Shown here: piece after piece, positions 11,260-21,833 of the stretch | Layout of the letters: each line of letters opens with the position of its first letter | Numbering within the stretch: the stretch's first letter is position 1 | Position numbers and translations under genes: made by a program | Source of the DNA: Bacteroidales bacterium | GTDB taxonomy: Bacteria > Bacteroidota > Bacteroidia > Bacteroidales > UBA12077 | DNA: 52,542 nucleotides | Assembly: GCA_028282585.1 (NCBI GenBank) | Contig: JANQHR010000145.1 | Coordinates: 1-52,542 of the forward strand | Direction: 5' to 3' | The notes under the pieces: generated by a model | Told to the model about the DNA's origin: nothing | What the model saw: the letters and a program-made list of their open reading frames with translations, nothing else | Databases searched by the model: none

Positions 11260-14200
11260 ATGAAGCTCCAACTCTCCATATTATTTGCTATTCTAATCGG
11301 GTTTTACCCTTTTTTCTTTATTGCTAATAGTCAGGCACAGGTTTTAAGAGCTGAACATTATACTATCGAACATGGACTTTCGCAAACCAGTGTGAATTGT
11401 CTAATTCAGGATAGTCGTGGCTTTATATGGATTGGCACCCAAGATGGTTTAAATAAATTTGATGGTTACAATTTTAAGGTACTAAAGAACGATCCTGCTG
11501 ATACGAATTCTCTAAGTAATAATTTCGTTAATTGTATATATGAAGATATAGATGGGAACATTTGGGTCGGAACAAATTATGGATTAAACCGATACAATAT
11601 TTACTCTGAGGTATTTACTCATTTCTTTTCTGGCAATGATAATATAAACACTTTACGCGAAAATGAAGTTTATACCGTATATCAAGACAAAAGCGGCTAT
11701 ATATGGATAAAAACTGAAAATTATTTATCAAGATTTAATCCAAGAAGTAATAAGTTCAGACACTATGAGCATTATAATGATGTATTTAATTTCGTTTCTG
11801 TTAATGCACAGTTTTCAATTTTTGAAGATCATAAGGACCAACTCTGGGTTGGTACAAAGGACGGTTTAAATTATTTCGATAGAAAATTGGAAATATTTAA
11901 AAGGTACAGGAATAATCCAGAAGATAAAAGAAGTTTGAGTAATGATGCTGTAAAAATTATATATGAAGATAGTGAATATAATTTATGGATAGGAACTGAG
12001 AATGGATTAAACAAGTTCGATTGGGATTCCGAAACATTTACAAGATTTTACAGTGATAAAAGTAAAGCCGGAAGTTTAAGCAATAATATCATAAATGATA
12101 TTTTCGAGGATAAAGAAGGTAACTTGTGGATAGCTACTAATGATGGTTTAAATAAATATGACAAATCAACTGAAGCCTTCAAGGTTTACAATAGTTTTAT
12201 ATATAATAACGAATTAATTCTTACAACCACTTTTACAGATATTGTTCAAGACCACACAAATATTCTTTGGATGGGAACCTTTCAAGGATTACTAAAATTA
12301 GAAAACAAGAAGAAAAAGTTTAAACTTTATAATAAATCTGAGGATAATACACCATTATTTTCAAATAACTATGTGACGGCCATTCATAAAGTTGACGATC
12401 TAATTTGGATTGGCACCTGGGGTTACGGGTTGCATATATTTAATCCCAAAACAAAAGAAATAGTGTTATACAATTCTTCAAATAGTAGTATTATAGACAA
12501 CTATATTCATCGAATATTTCAAGATGAAAGTGGAAAATTGTGGCTGGGGACTCAAAATGGTTTATGTTTTTATAATAAAAAGACAAATAGTTTCGAGTTA
12601 TTTGAAAAAACTGCTCTTAAAAATCTTTTAAAGAATAATCGAATATATAATATTCTTGAAGATCAGAATAATAATTTATGGGTAGCATCTAAATTTGGCC
12701 TACATCATATTTTAGAAGATACTGTTGTTAGCTACTATCATAATCCGGAAGATTCAACAAGCCTAGGCTCGAATGTGGTCTATGATATCTGGTTATCAAA
12801 AAGTAATGACTTGTTGTGGATTGCTACACAAAGAGGATTAGGTAAATTAAACCTTAAAACAAATAAATTACAAAGATTTGAGAGAGCCAGTAATAATTGT
12901 TCTGATTGTTTTAGTAGCAATGAGATTTTTTGTATTTATGAAGATACTTCGAATAATTATCTCTGGCTAGGAACCAATGCAGGATTAAACCGATTTGATC
13001 TTAATACAAACCAAGTAAAAGTTTTTAATGAAAAGGATGGATTATCTAACAATTTAATTTACTCGATTTTAAGTGATGACTCAGGAAACATTTGGATAAG
13101 TACAAATAAAGGACTTTCAAAGTTCAATATCGAAACAGAGATTTTTAATAATTTTGGAATTTCCGATGGATTGCAAGACTTTGAATTTAATCATGGTGCT
13201 TCGTTTAAATCTGAAGATGGTGAGTTATTTTTTGGAGGAATAGCAGGTTATAATTCTTTTTATCCGGATTCAATTGTAAAAAATCAAAATAAACCTAATA
13301 TTGAAATAACTGCTGTTGAGGTACTTGCTGATCAATATTCTCAAAATTTAACGGTTGGAAAGAATAGGCAAATCGAAGTTTCTTATAAAAGCAACCTAAT
13401 AACTATTGAATTTGCAGCTCTTGATTTTACTTCTCCAGAAAAAAATAACTATGCATATAAATTAGAAGGGGTTGAAGAGGAATGGATTCATTTAGGAAAT
13501 AGAAGGTATGCAACATTCACTAATTTACCTCCGGGAAAGTATACTTTTACTGTTAAAGGCTCCAATAGCGATAATATTTGGAACGAGGAAGGCGCGAGTA
13601 TTGATATCATAGTTCAAACGCCAATATGGAAAACAAGTTTTGCTTATTTAGCTTATATTTTAATTTCGGTTGGATTGATTTTTTGGTTAATTCAATACAG
13701 GACAAGAACATTAAGAAGATCAAATCAGGAACTTAAAGAAAAAGAACAAATAGCCAAGCAAATTGCTAAGCAAAAAGAAGAATTAACAATTAAAAATAAG
13801 AGTATTACGGATAGTATTGTATACGCAAAACGAATTCAAGAGGCATTAATGCCAAGCAAAGATCAATTCAAATCTGTTTTACCATCTTCATTTATTCTTT
13901 ATAAGCCTAAAGATATTGTAAGTGGAGATTTCTACTGGATAAATGAAAAAAATGATAAAATCTTCGTTGCAGTTGTAGACTGTACAGGTCATGGAGTGCC
14001 GGGAGCTTTTATGTCAATCATAGGTTTTGAATTGTTACGTAATATTACAGAAGAACAAAAAATTGAAGACACAGAAAGTATATTAAGGCAGCTTAATAAT
14101 GGTGTGGCAACAACCTTCGGAAAAACTGCAGATAAAGCGAGAATAAAGGATGGAATGGATATTGCTCTTTGTGTTATTGATAAAAAGAAGGCTGAATTGG

Positions 14201-14565
14201 AATTTGCCGGAGCATTCAGACCATTGTATATGATTCGTAATAATAAAATTGAGGAAATTAGAGGGGATAGGTTCTCAGTAGGATTATTAGGTGAAGGAGA
14301 AAGTGATGAAATTACTAAAACGCAAGTAAAACTTCAAAAAAACGATATTTTTTATATGTTCTCTGATGGTTACGCAGATCAGTTTGGAGGTCCAGAAGGA
14401 AAAAAATATAAATATCGCAGATTTAGACACTTGTTACTTACCATACATAAATTGCCTCTTGAACAACAATTAACATATTTTGATAGGAGTTTCGAAGATT
14501 GGAAAGGTGACTTTGAGCAAGTAGATGATGTTCTTATTCTAGGATTTAGACCAGAAATTGAGTAA
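11260..14565 (+). CDS. Membrane sensor: two-component-regulator beta-propellers + Y_Y_Y domain + TM + coiled coil + SpoIIE/PP2C phosphatase
   Basis: About 14 repeats of D..G.LW.GT..GLN; YAYKLEG/LPPGKYTF; VSGDFY, DCTGHG, SDGYADQFGG, DDVL. Confidence 0.9.
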   Translation: MKLQLSILFAILIGFYPFFFIANSQAQVLRAEHYTIEHGLSQTSVNCLIQDSRGFIWIGTQDGLNKFDGYNFKVLKNDPADTNSLSNNFVNCIYEDIDGNIWVGTNYGLNRYNIYSEVFTHFFSGNDNINTLRENEVYTVYQDKSGYIWIKTENYLSRFNPRSNKFRHYEHYNDVFNFVSVNAQFSIFEDHKDQLWVGTKDGLNYFDRKLEIFKRYRNNPEDKRSLSNDAVKIIYEDSEYNLWIGTENGLNKFDWDSETFTRFYSDKSKAGSLSNNIINDIFEDKEGNLWIATNDGLNKYDKSTEAFKVYNSFIYNNELILTTTFTDIVQDHTNILWMGTFQGLLKLENKKKKFKLYNKSEDNTPLFSNNYVTAIHKVDDLIWIGTWGYGLHIFNPKTKEIVLYNSSNSSIIDNYIHRIFQDESGKLWLGTQNGLCFYNKKTNSFELFEKTALKNLLKNNRIYNILEDQNNNLWVASKFGLHHILEDTVVSYYHNPEDSTSLGSNVVYDIWLSKSNDLLWIATQRGLGKLNLKTNKLQRFERASNNCSDCFSSNEIFCIYEDTSNNYLWLGTNAGLNRFDLNTNQVKVFNEKDGLSNNLIYSILSDDSGNIWISTNKGLSKFNIETEIFNNFGISDGLQDFEFNHGASFKSEDGELFFGGIAGYNSFYPDSIVKNQNKPNIEITAVEVLADQYSQNLTVGKNRQIEVSYKSNLITIEFAALDFTSPEKNNYAYKLEGVEEEWIHLGNRRYATFTNLPPGKYTFTVKGSNSDNIWNEEGASIDIIVQTPIWKTSFAYLAYILISVGLIFWLIQYRTRTLRRSNQELKEKEQIAKQIAKQKEELTIKNKSITDSIVYAKRIQEALMPSKDQFKSVLPSSFILYKPKDIVSGDFYWINEKNDKIFVAVVDCTGHGVPGAFMSIIGFELLRNITEEQKIEDTESILRQLNNGVATTFGKTADKARIKDGMDIALCVIDKKKAELEFAGAFRPLYMIRNNKIEEIRGDRFSVGLLGEGESDEITKTQVKLQKNDIFYMFSDGYADQFGGPEGKKYKYRRFRHLLLTIHKLPLEQQLTYFDRSFEDWKGDFEQVDDVLILGFRPEIE

Positions 14566-14766
14566 AACCAATAATTAAGTAGATATAATTTTTATTGAGT
14601 ATATTTCAAGGTATTTGATGGCATATAAAACGCCTTTTCCAAAATACAATATCTTTAATGTTAATGTTCCCTTTAGGTAGATATAATTGCTCTAAAAAGG
14701 GGCGTTTTCATAATTTTTACAGGAAATTTATCCATAGTTTTCCCAAATAAGAGTGGGAGTTGGTCG

Positions 14767-16506
14767 TTAATTGTTAAGTTGTTGTTCCATCTTATTAATA
14801 AGTGTTTCTATTTGGAATGGTTTGCTAATATAATCATCCATCCCCGCAGCTAAACACTCCTCTTTATCGCCTAACAATGCGTTTGCGGTAATAGCTATAA
14901 TTGGAGTGTGTGAATTGGTACTTTTTTCCAAACTCCTTATTTTTTTGGTAGTAATAATACCATTCATAATTGGCATCTGAATATCCATTAAAATAATGTC
15001 ATATTTAGCTGATCCGAACTTATCAAGTGCTTCTTTGCCATTATTAGCAATATCAACAGTTTTTACAACCTTTTTTAAGCTTAATAATACAATTTTCTGG
15101 TTTATTAGGTTATCCTCTACTAACAAGATATTAGCATCTTTTAAATCAATCTTACCTTCAGATTTGATCTCAGGTAAATCAAATTCAGAAATTCTTCTTG
15201 TCGTTTCATCTAACAGAGGTTCACCTTTTGTGAACTTAAGTATAAATTTGAATTCAAATTTGTCAGTAGAAAGCTCAAATTCTATATCACCTCCAAGTGA
15301 TTCAATAATCTTATTCGCAATATTAAATTCAAGTAGTTTTATTACTGCTTCATTTCTTCCCTTTTTTGTTTTTTCTGTATTCTGAATTTTAGTTATTTCA
15401 GAAATTTGTTCCAATTCAGCAGTTGAAACATTAAATAATATTTCAGCAACATTATTTATTTCACTTAACTTTTTAATATTTATATCTACTAACTTTTTAC
15501 CACCTTTTGTCTTCTTAAGAATATTTTCGATAAGATTTAGAAATACTTGTTTAATCTTAACAGGATCGCCATATAATTGAAAATCTATATCTTCTGAGAT
15601 TTTTAAAGGAAATTTTAAATCATCTGAATCTTCATCAGTAAATAAATTAATTGTGTTTCTAATTGTTGATTCTAAATTAAAATTCTGATTGTAGTCCTTA
15701 CTTTGTAACAAGTCGACATTAGAAATTTCAGCTATATTATTAACCACATTGACCAAATTATTGGTAGAGGCTTGTATAGTATCAATTAGGTCTTTTTGCT
15801 TTTCATCAAGATTAAATGTATTAACTATGTTTGTTACAACGACCAAATTATTAAGTGGAGTTCGTATCTGATGTGATATTTTTGAAATAAACTCTTCTTT
15901 GGATTGTGTTTCGTGTTTTGCTTTTTGAATTTCAACATTAAGCTCCGCTATTCGACCTTCCCAAATATTTTCATAAATATTTACGAAAATAAAAAAAATA
16001 AAAAAAAGCAAAACATACATGATTTGATTAAGCAATTCATAATCAGTTAAAATACCAAAAAAGGACGGAATAAAAATTACTATACTAGATAAAACAAAGA
16101 ATACAAGTGAAGAAATATTTCCCCTTTTTTTACCTAACATTAAGATAATAAAAGCAGGATAAAGGGCATAAAACACTGTACCTTGGTTACTGACATTCCC
16201 TTTAAATAAAAGCCATAATAAAAATAGCCCAAAGCCAATGGAATAAAATAGAGATGCGTTTAAAAAGTTACCACGTTTTCTGAATACAATTACATTTACT
16301 GTAAGCAATACAAATAAAACAGCTTCAATTATAACATTAATAAAATTTTCTTTGAATACATTTAATACAGTAAAAATTAAAAGTAAAGCAAGCGAAGTAT
16401 AACTATAAAAATTAAGAATTGTCGATTTATAAAAATACTCATTTTTAAAGTCCAGCTTATCGGGGCTTATCGTGCATAGTTTAATAATCTTATCGATAAA
16501 ATTCAT
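14767..16506 (-). CDS. Membrane hybrid histidine-kinase-like protein (HisKA + degenerate HATPase + receiver)
   Basis: About 6 TM; ISHQIRTPLNN H-box; GDPVKIKQV; receiver LLVEDN...LMDIQMP...TANA...SKP. Confidence 0.85.
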   Translation of the reverse strand: MNFIDKIIKLCTISPDKLDFKNEYFYKSTILNFYSYTSLALLLIFTVLNVFKENFINVIIEAVLFVLLTVNVIVFRKRGNFLNASLFYSIGFGLFLLWLLFKGNVSNQGTVFYALYPAFIILMLGKKRGNISSLVFFVLSSIVIFIPSFFGILTDYELLNQIMYVLLFFIFFIFVNIYENIWEGRIAELNVEIQKAKHETQSKEEFISKISHQIRTPLNNLVVVTNIVNTFNLDEKQKDLIDTIQASTNNLVNVVNNIAEISNVDLLQSKDYNQNFNLESTIRNTINLFTDEDSDDLKFPLKISEDIDFQLYGDPVKIKQVFLNLIENILKKTKGGKKLVDINIKKLSEINNVAEILFNVSTAELEQISEITKIQNTEKTKKGRNEAVIKLLEFNIANKIIESLGGDIEFELSTDKFEFKFILKFTKGEPLLDETTRRISEFDLPEIKSEGKIDLKDANILLVEDNLINQKIVLLSLKKVVKTVDIANNGKEALDKFGSAKYDIILMDIQMPIMNGIITTKKIRSLEKSTNSHTPIIAITANALLGDKEECLAAGMDDYISKPFQIETLINKMEQQLNN

Positions 16507-16768
16507 AGAAACTTAAACTTTGGGTTAATAGAAAATTAGCTGCTTTTTGAAATTAGTTTTGTAAATTTACTGAAATATCCGTTATAAAAATTCATTGTGA
16601 ATTAAATATACAAATTTTTTGATAAAAACATGATAATCTTTGATTATTGATAGTATTTACGGAACAATTTCCCAACAATAAAGAGTATTATTTCTAACGG
16701 ATAATTAACAAAGAATTTCAAACGTATTTAAATTAAACTAAAAACACAAAATCAACAAATATCCAGAT

Positions 16769-17626
16769 ATGAAAAAAATTATTTTAGCCATTATTATTAG
16801 TATTTCAGCTCTGACCTTAAAGGCGCAAGAATATCTTCCTACCGAAGCTGACTTAAACCAATTCTTAAATTCGAAACTCTATGTTGTATTGGAATCGAAT
16901 CCGATTGCAGCATATAATTTTAAAATTCAGGAGGCAGTTAAGAATGCCTGGAGTTTAACGGAATTTGAATTTATTTCATTAGACCAGTTTGAAGAAATGT
17001 ATAATGATCCTGATAAATCATTTTTAATGATGACCCAGGTAGTGTTCCAGAATGATAAGACAAAAGTACGTTATAACTTTTTACATATATTCATTGGGAA
17101 AGAAGGGCTTGATACATTCGAAGATCTACCTGATATTGCAGCAATCCCACTTTCGTATACAGAAGTAGACGAGGAGTTTTGGGTATATAAAATGGAATCG
17201 TTGGTTAGATTTATGCAAACTCACATTCAGAATATGCGCGATAATCCGGGCATGATTAAGAAAAATATCTTCGAGTATTATAATGAGTTTACAAAAGATA
17301 TTAAGCAAAAAACATTGTATTTGGTTAAAGATGAAGTAGCTCCAAATATTAATACAGAAGCCAAAATTAAAAAAATCTATCCTTATAAAGTGAAGTTTGT
17401 AACAAGAAAAGAAATCGAAGAAGCTATAGAGAATAGAGATGAAGATGTTGTTTATCTTCATAAAGTAGGTCCGCAGGGAACTCGTTTAAGAGCAAGATGT
17501 TATAAAATAATTATTGGTGCTCAGGATGCCAATTTCTATTATTTCAATTGGCACTGGGTTCAAAAGGGTAAGAATTTTGATGGTTTTCTCGATAAAGATT
17601 TTAAAGAATTAGCCAAGAAAAAGTAA
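16769..17626 (+). CDS. Secreted hypothetical protein
   Basis: SPI signal peptide ending LKA-Q (Bacteroidota Q-rule); own terminator. Confidence 0.75.
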   Translation: MKKIILAIIISISALTLKAQEYLPTEADLNQFLNSKLYVVLESNPIAAYNFKIQEAVKNAWSLTEFEFISLDQFEEMYNDPDKSFLMMTQVVFQNDKTKVRYNFLHIFIGKEGLDTFEDLPDIAAIPLSYTEVDEEFWVYKMESLVRFMQTHIQNMRDNPGMIKKNIFEYYNEFTKDIKQKTLYLVKDEVAPNINTEAKIKKIYPYKVKFVTRKEIEEAIENRDEDVVYLHKVGPQGTRLRARCYKIIIGAQDANFYYFNWHWVQKGKNFDGFLDKDFKELAKKK

Positions 17627-17644
17627 AAAATAAAAAAATGAAAT

Positions 17645-17687
17645 AGAAGAGGCTTCCAGGTTGTAAAGCAAGAGAAGCCTCTTTTTT
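17645..17687 (+). terminator. Intrinsic terminator
   Basis: aagaggcttc...gaagcctctttttt. Confidence 0.8.
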
Positions 17688-17728
17688 ATGTTATTAAACG
17701 AAAGCTTTATAACAGTATAATTTTATTC

Positions 17729-17736
17729 TATATTTG
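17729..17736 (+). promoter_or_regulatory. -7 element for hisS
   Basis: TATATTTG, 28 nt upstream of the ATG. Confidence 0.7.
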
Positions 17737-17763
17737 CACAATAATTAAATAAACAGGACAAAA

Positions 17764-19134
17764 ATGGCTGCACAAAAACCATCTGTTCCAAAGGGTACCA
17801 GGGATTTTTCGCCAGTTGAGATGGTGAAGCGAAACTTTATATTTGATACCATAAAAGATGTTTTCAAACGATATGGATATTTACCTATTGAAACTCCTGC
17901 TATGGAGAATCTTTCAACGCTATTAGGTAAATATGGAGAAGAAGGAGATAAACTTCTTTTTAAAATTTTGAATTCTGGAGATTATCTTTCAAAAGTAAAC
18001 TCTAATTTATTAGACGTAGAATCGAGTAAATTGGCATTAGAGATTTCTGAAAAAGGTCTTCGTTATGATTTAACTGTTCCTTTTGCACGTTTTGTTGTGC
18101 AGCATCGAAATGATATAACATTCCCTTTTAAAAGATATCAAATACAACCGGTTTGGCGCGCAGATCGTCCGCAAAAAGGAAGATATCGCCAATTTTACCA
18201 ATGCGATGTAGATGTTATTGGAAGCAACTCGCTTTTTAATGAGGTAGAGTTAATTCAAATCATTGATCAGGTATTTCAAAAACTGAATATTAAAACAGTT
18301 GTAAAGTTAAATAATCGTAAGATTTTACTTGGTATTGCAGAGGTGATAGGTGAACCGGATAAATTTATTGATATAACGGTAGCTATTGATAAACTAGACA
18401 AAATAGGAAGAGAAAAGGTAAATGAAGAGCTTCTTTCAAAAGGAATCAAGGAAAGCGCTATTGGAAAATTAGATCCAATATTTGAGTTATCAGGATCAAA
18501 TTATGCTAAACTAAATTCTTTAAGAAACGTATTGAAAGAATCTGAAGTAGGATTACAAGGAATTGAAGAAGTTGAGACTGTTCTTAACTATTTTGAAACA
18601 TTAGAAATAAAGACTGAACTAGAACTTGATTTGACGTTGGCACGAGGGTTAAATTATTATACGGGAGCAATTATTGAAGTAAAAGCAAAAGATGTAGAAA
18701 TTGGCAGCATTTGTGGAGGAGGTCGCTATGATGATCTTACCGGGGTTTTTGGTTTAAATGATGTTTCAGGAGTGGGGGTTTCGTTTGGTGCCGATCGTAT
18801 TTATGATGTAATGCAGCAATTGAAAATTTTTCCAGAAGAAATAGTTTCATCTACGAAAGTAATGTTTGTTAACTTTGGATCAAAGGAAGAGGCTTATTGC
18901 TTACCACTGTTACAAAAGCTAAGAGACAATAAAATAAATGCAGAGATATTTCCGGAATCGACTAAAATGAAGAAGCAAATGGCCTACGCAAACAATAAAA
19001 ACATTCCTTATGTTATTTTAGTCGGTGAAAGCGAAATGGACGAAGGAATGATAACTGTTAAAAATATGAACTTGGGTGAACAATCAAAGATGAAATTCGA
19101 AGAATTATTGAATAAAATTCAAAATGAGATATAA
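17764..19134 (+). CDS. hisS: Histidine--tRNA ligase
   Basis: [39 protein letters not shown]. Confidence 0.97.
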   Translation: MAAQKPSVPKGTRDFSPVEMVKRNFIFDTIKDVFKRYGYLPIETPAMENLSTLLGKYGEEGDKLLFKILNSGDYLSKVNSNLLDVESSKLALEISEKGLRYDLTVPFARFVVQHRNDITFPFKRYQIQPVWRADRPQKGRYRQFYQCDVDVIGSNSLFNEVELIQIIDQVFQKLNIKTVVKLNNRKILLGIAEVIGEPDKFIDITVAIDKLDKIGREKVNEELLSKGIKESAIGKLDPIFELSGSNYAKLNSLRNVLKESEVGLQGIEEVETVLNYFETLEIKTELELDLTLARGLNYYTGAIIEVKAKDVEIGSICGGGRYDDLTGVFGLNDVSGVGVSFGADRIYDVMQQLKIFPEEIVSSTKVMFVNFGSKEEAYCLPLLQKLRDNKINAEIFPESTKMKKQMAYANNKNIPYVILVGESEMDEGMITVKNMNLGEQSKMKFEELLNKIQNEI

Positions 19135-19268
19135 AAACCTGAAAATTAATAGAAAAGAACGAAAACGTCCTGTTCATTTTGTTGGAGGAGATACTCGCTT
19201 TCCATGACTTTAAGTGCTTTTGTGAATAAGGTTAATTAAAACAATGACATTTTAAAATTTTATAATAG

Positions 19269-20774
19269 ATGGGAAAAATACATCATATATCAAACGATCA
19301 GTTAACTTTTGATAGAATTAATGAAATACTAAAAGAAGGTTATAAGCTTGCGTTATCGGAAGAATCAAAAAATCAAATTATCAAATGCCGCGAATATCTT
19401 GATAATAAAATGTCAAGCCAATGTGAACCTATTTATGGTATTAATACAGGATTTGGTGCGTTGTACGATAAGCGAATTTCTAAAGAAGATCTAGGTAATC
19501 TTCAAAAAAATTTGGTAATGTCTCATGCTTGTGGTACAGGAGATGAAATTCCGCAAGAGATTGTCAAAATAATGATTCTCCTGAAGATACAGTCGCTTTC
19601 GTACGGACATTCAGGAGTGCAATTATCTACAGTTGAGCGATTAATTGATTTCTTTAACCAGGATATACTACCCGTAATATACCAGTATGGTTCATTAGGA
19701 GCATCCGGAGATTTATCACCATTGGCTCATATGTGTTTACCATTAATAGGAATGGGAGAAGTAAATTATAAAGGAGAAAGGTTAAAAGGCGAAGATTTAT
19801 TGAAAAAGATGAATTGGAACTCGATTGAATTGAAATCGAAAGAAGGATTGGCTTTATTGAACGGAACCCAATTTATGAGTTCTTATGGTGTTTATCTGAT
19901 CTTAAAAGTTTGGAAATTATCCCAGTTAGCCGATGTAATAAGCTCTGTTTCGTTGGAAGCTTTTGATGGTAGGGTTGAACCGTTCCATGATTCAGTTCAT
20001 CAGGTTCGACATCATTTGGGGCAAATTAAAACTGCTCGCAGAATGAGGTTCTTATTAGAAGGAAGTGAATTAATTAACCGCCCGAAAGTGCATGTTCAGG
20101 ATCCATATTCTTTCCGCTGTATACCTCAGGTTCATGGTGCTTCTAAAGATTCAATCAATTATGTTTCTTATGTTTTTAATAATGAAATAAATGCTGTAAC
20201 AGATAACCCAACAATTTTTCCAGATGAAGACTTAGTTATTTCAGCAGGTAATTTTCATGGACAACCACTAGCTTTGGGATTGGATAATTTGTGTATAGCA
20301 ATGGCCGAACTAGGAAGTATTTCTGAAAGAAGAACATATCAATTGTTAGCCGGAAAACGAGGGTTGCCTCCTTTTTTAGTAGCAAATCCAGGTTTAAATA
20401 GCGGTTTTATGATTCCGCAATATACCGCGGCATCAATTGTAAGTAGAAATAAACAACTTTCTACGCCGGCTTCTGTTGATACGATTGAGTCATCTCAAGG
20501 ACAGGAAGACCATGTAAGTATGGGAGCTAATTCTGCATCTAAGGCATACCAGGTTGCGGAAAATTTAGAAAGAATATTAGCAATTGAATTATTTAATGCT
20601 GCTCAAGCATTAGAATTCCAACGTCCTGCAAAATCTTCACCTTTTATTGAGAAATTTGTAGAAGGTTATCGTAAAAAAGTGAAATTTATCGAAGATGACA
20701 AAACCATGTATGATGATATTGCTCGTTCGGTTGAGTATTTGCAAGAAGTTGAATTAGGTTTGCCGGAAAAATAA
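19269..20774 (+). CDS. hutH: Histidine ammonia-lyase
   Basis: YGINTGFG, LVMSHA, MIO motif GASGD, QDPYSFRC, GNFHG, QEDHVSM. Confidence 0.95.
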   Translation: MGKIHHISNDQLTFDRINEILKEGYKLALSEESKNQIIKCREYLDNKMSSQCEPIYGINTGFGALYDKRISKEDLGNLQKNLVMSHACGTGDEIPQEIVKIMILLKIQSLSYGHSGVQLSTVERLIDFFNQDILPVIYQYGSLGASGDLSPLAHMCLPLIGMGEVNYKGERLKGEDLLKKMNWNSIELKSKEGLALLNGTQFMSSYGVYLILKVWKLSQLADVISSVSLEAFDGRVEPFHDSVHQVRHHLGQIKTARRMRFLLEGSELINRPKVHVQDPYSFRCIPQVHGASKDSINYVSYVFNNEINAVTDNPTIFPDEDLVISAGNFHGQPLALGLDNLCIAMAELGSISERRTYQLLAGKRGLPPFLVANPGLNSGFMIPQYTAASIVSRNKQLSTPASVDTIESSQGQEDHVSMGANSASKAYQVAENLERILAIELFNAAQALEFQRPAKSSPFIEKFVEGYRKKVKFIEDDKTMYDDIARSVEYLQEVELGLPEK

Positions 20775-20801
20775 TATTTTTTTGAAACTTTTATAAATAA
20801 G

Positions 20802-20824
20802 AAAGCCCCAACCAGGGGCTTTTT
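20802..20824. terminator. Likely bidirectional terminator
   Basis: aaagcccc-aacca-ggggctttt between convergent genes. Confidence 0.8.
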
Positions 20825-20847
20825 ATATAATTAGCGCAATTTGGCTA

Positions 20848-21333
20848 TTAATCTTTCTTTTTATCATCCTTCCCACTTTCTTTTATTTTCTTAAGCAGAT
20901 AGGTTTTAAATTCATAATCAGCCAGATAAATTTTCATTACTTTATCAATGGGTAATATTTCTTTAAATTTTACATGATACTCATCTAAAAGTTCTGCTAA
21001 TTCCATTTCGTAATGAATATACTGATCAGCGTATTTTATCATTTCTTCATTAGTCATGATTTCAGAATTTTCGGCAAAATAGGTCATCTTTTCTTTTCGA
21101 TCAGCAATAATACTATTTTTCCTGTCCCAATAGGCATTGTAAATTGGCCAAAAAACTTGAGCTTCACCAGGAGTTAAACCAATTTTATCAGTAAAAAATG
21201 CAATTCTTTCAGATTTGATTTCTTGTTCTTTATGTGATTTAGATTCTTCTTGTGCATTTGTTGAAATGGCACAAATAATTAAAGTTACAACTAGAACTAA
21301 TGTTTGGACGTGTTTAAATTTTATCGCTCTCAT
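20848..21333 (-). CDS. Periplasmic helical protein (Spy/CpxP-like), third gene of ECF cassette
   Basis: Signal peptide ..TNA-Q; LTPGEAQVFWPIYNAY motif. Confidence 0.7.
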   Translation of the reverse strand: MRAIKFKHVQTLVLVVTLIICAISTNAQEESKSHKEQEIKSERIAFFTDKIGLTPGEAQVFWPIYNAYWDRKNSIIADRKEKMTYFAENSEIMTNEEMIKYADQYIHYEMELAELLDEYHVKFKEILPIDKVMKIYLADYEFKTYLLKKIKESGKDDKKKD

Positions 21334-21779
21334 AACTCATCAATTAAAGTTCCATAGTCGATATCTTCATCAACTAAGTAATGAATATAGAAATCCGTTT
21401 CTTCTTTTTTATCTTCCTCAAATCTTTTTTCATCCTCTAACAAAATATCTATAAAATGTTGCTCTGTAAATTCAGACGGGTCGACTTCTATTGTTCTTGT
21501 AAATAACTCAGAATCGATATTGTTGGTACGATTTGATAAAATAAAATTTGCTGTGGTATAAGCGATGACTGTAAAAGCAACGATCATAAAACCTAGAGCA
21601 AATTGAGGCTTTACATATTTAAATAGCTTAAATATCCAGCTATATTCCTTATTTTCAGATATAATCTTATCTTGAATTCTTGTAGGAAAGTCTTCAAAAT
21701 ATCCATCCGGAACGTAAAACGGATTACTGCTATTTGCCTTAATTTTATCCAATTTCTTGTTAAAATTTTTCATTTTCAT
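21330..21779 (-). CDS. Putative single-TM anti-sigma factor
   Basis: PFYVPDGYFEDF N-terminal motif, one TM, directly downstream of ECF sigma. Confidence 0.65.
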   Translation of the reverse strand: MKMKNFNKKLDKIKANSSNPFYVPDGYFEDFPTRIQDKIISENKEYSWIFKLFKYVKPQFALGFMIVAFTVIAYTTANFILSNRTNNIDSELFTRTIEVDPSEFTEQHFIDILLEDEKRFEEDKKEETDFYIHYLVDEDIDYGTLIDEL

Positions 21780-21833
21780 AAGGTCCCCTAATTGTTTTTC
21801 CCTGCCTTTTTGACATTTAAATAAATTAATAGT

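Noticed and set aside
11340-13260. Periodic DNA similarity that could suggest an array
   Set aside because: Explained by beta-propeller blade repeats in the protein; no identical repeats or spacers, so not CRISPR
19124-19207. 27-aa [30 protein letters not shown] overlapping the hisS stop, considered as a hutH leader peptide
   Set aside because: Only one His codon, no attenuator hairpin visible; likely chance
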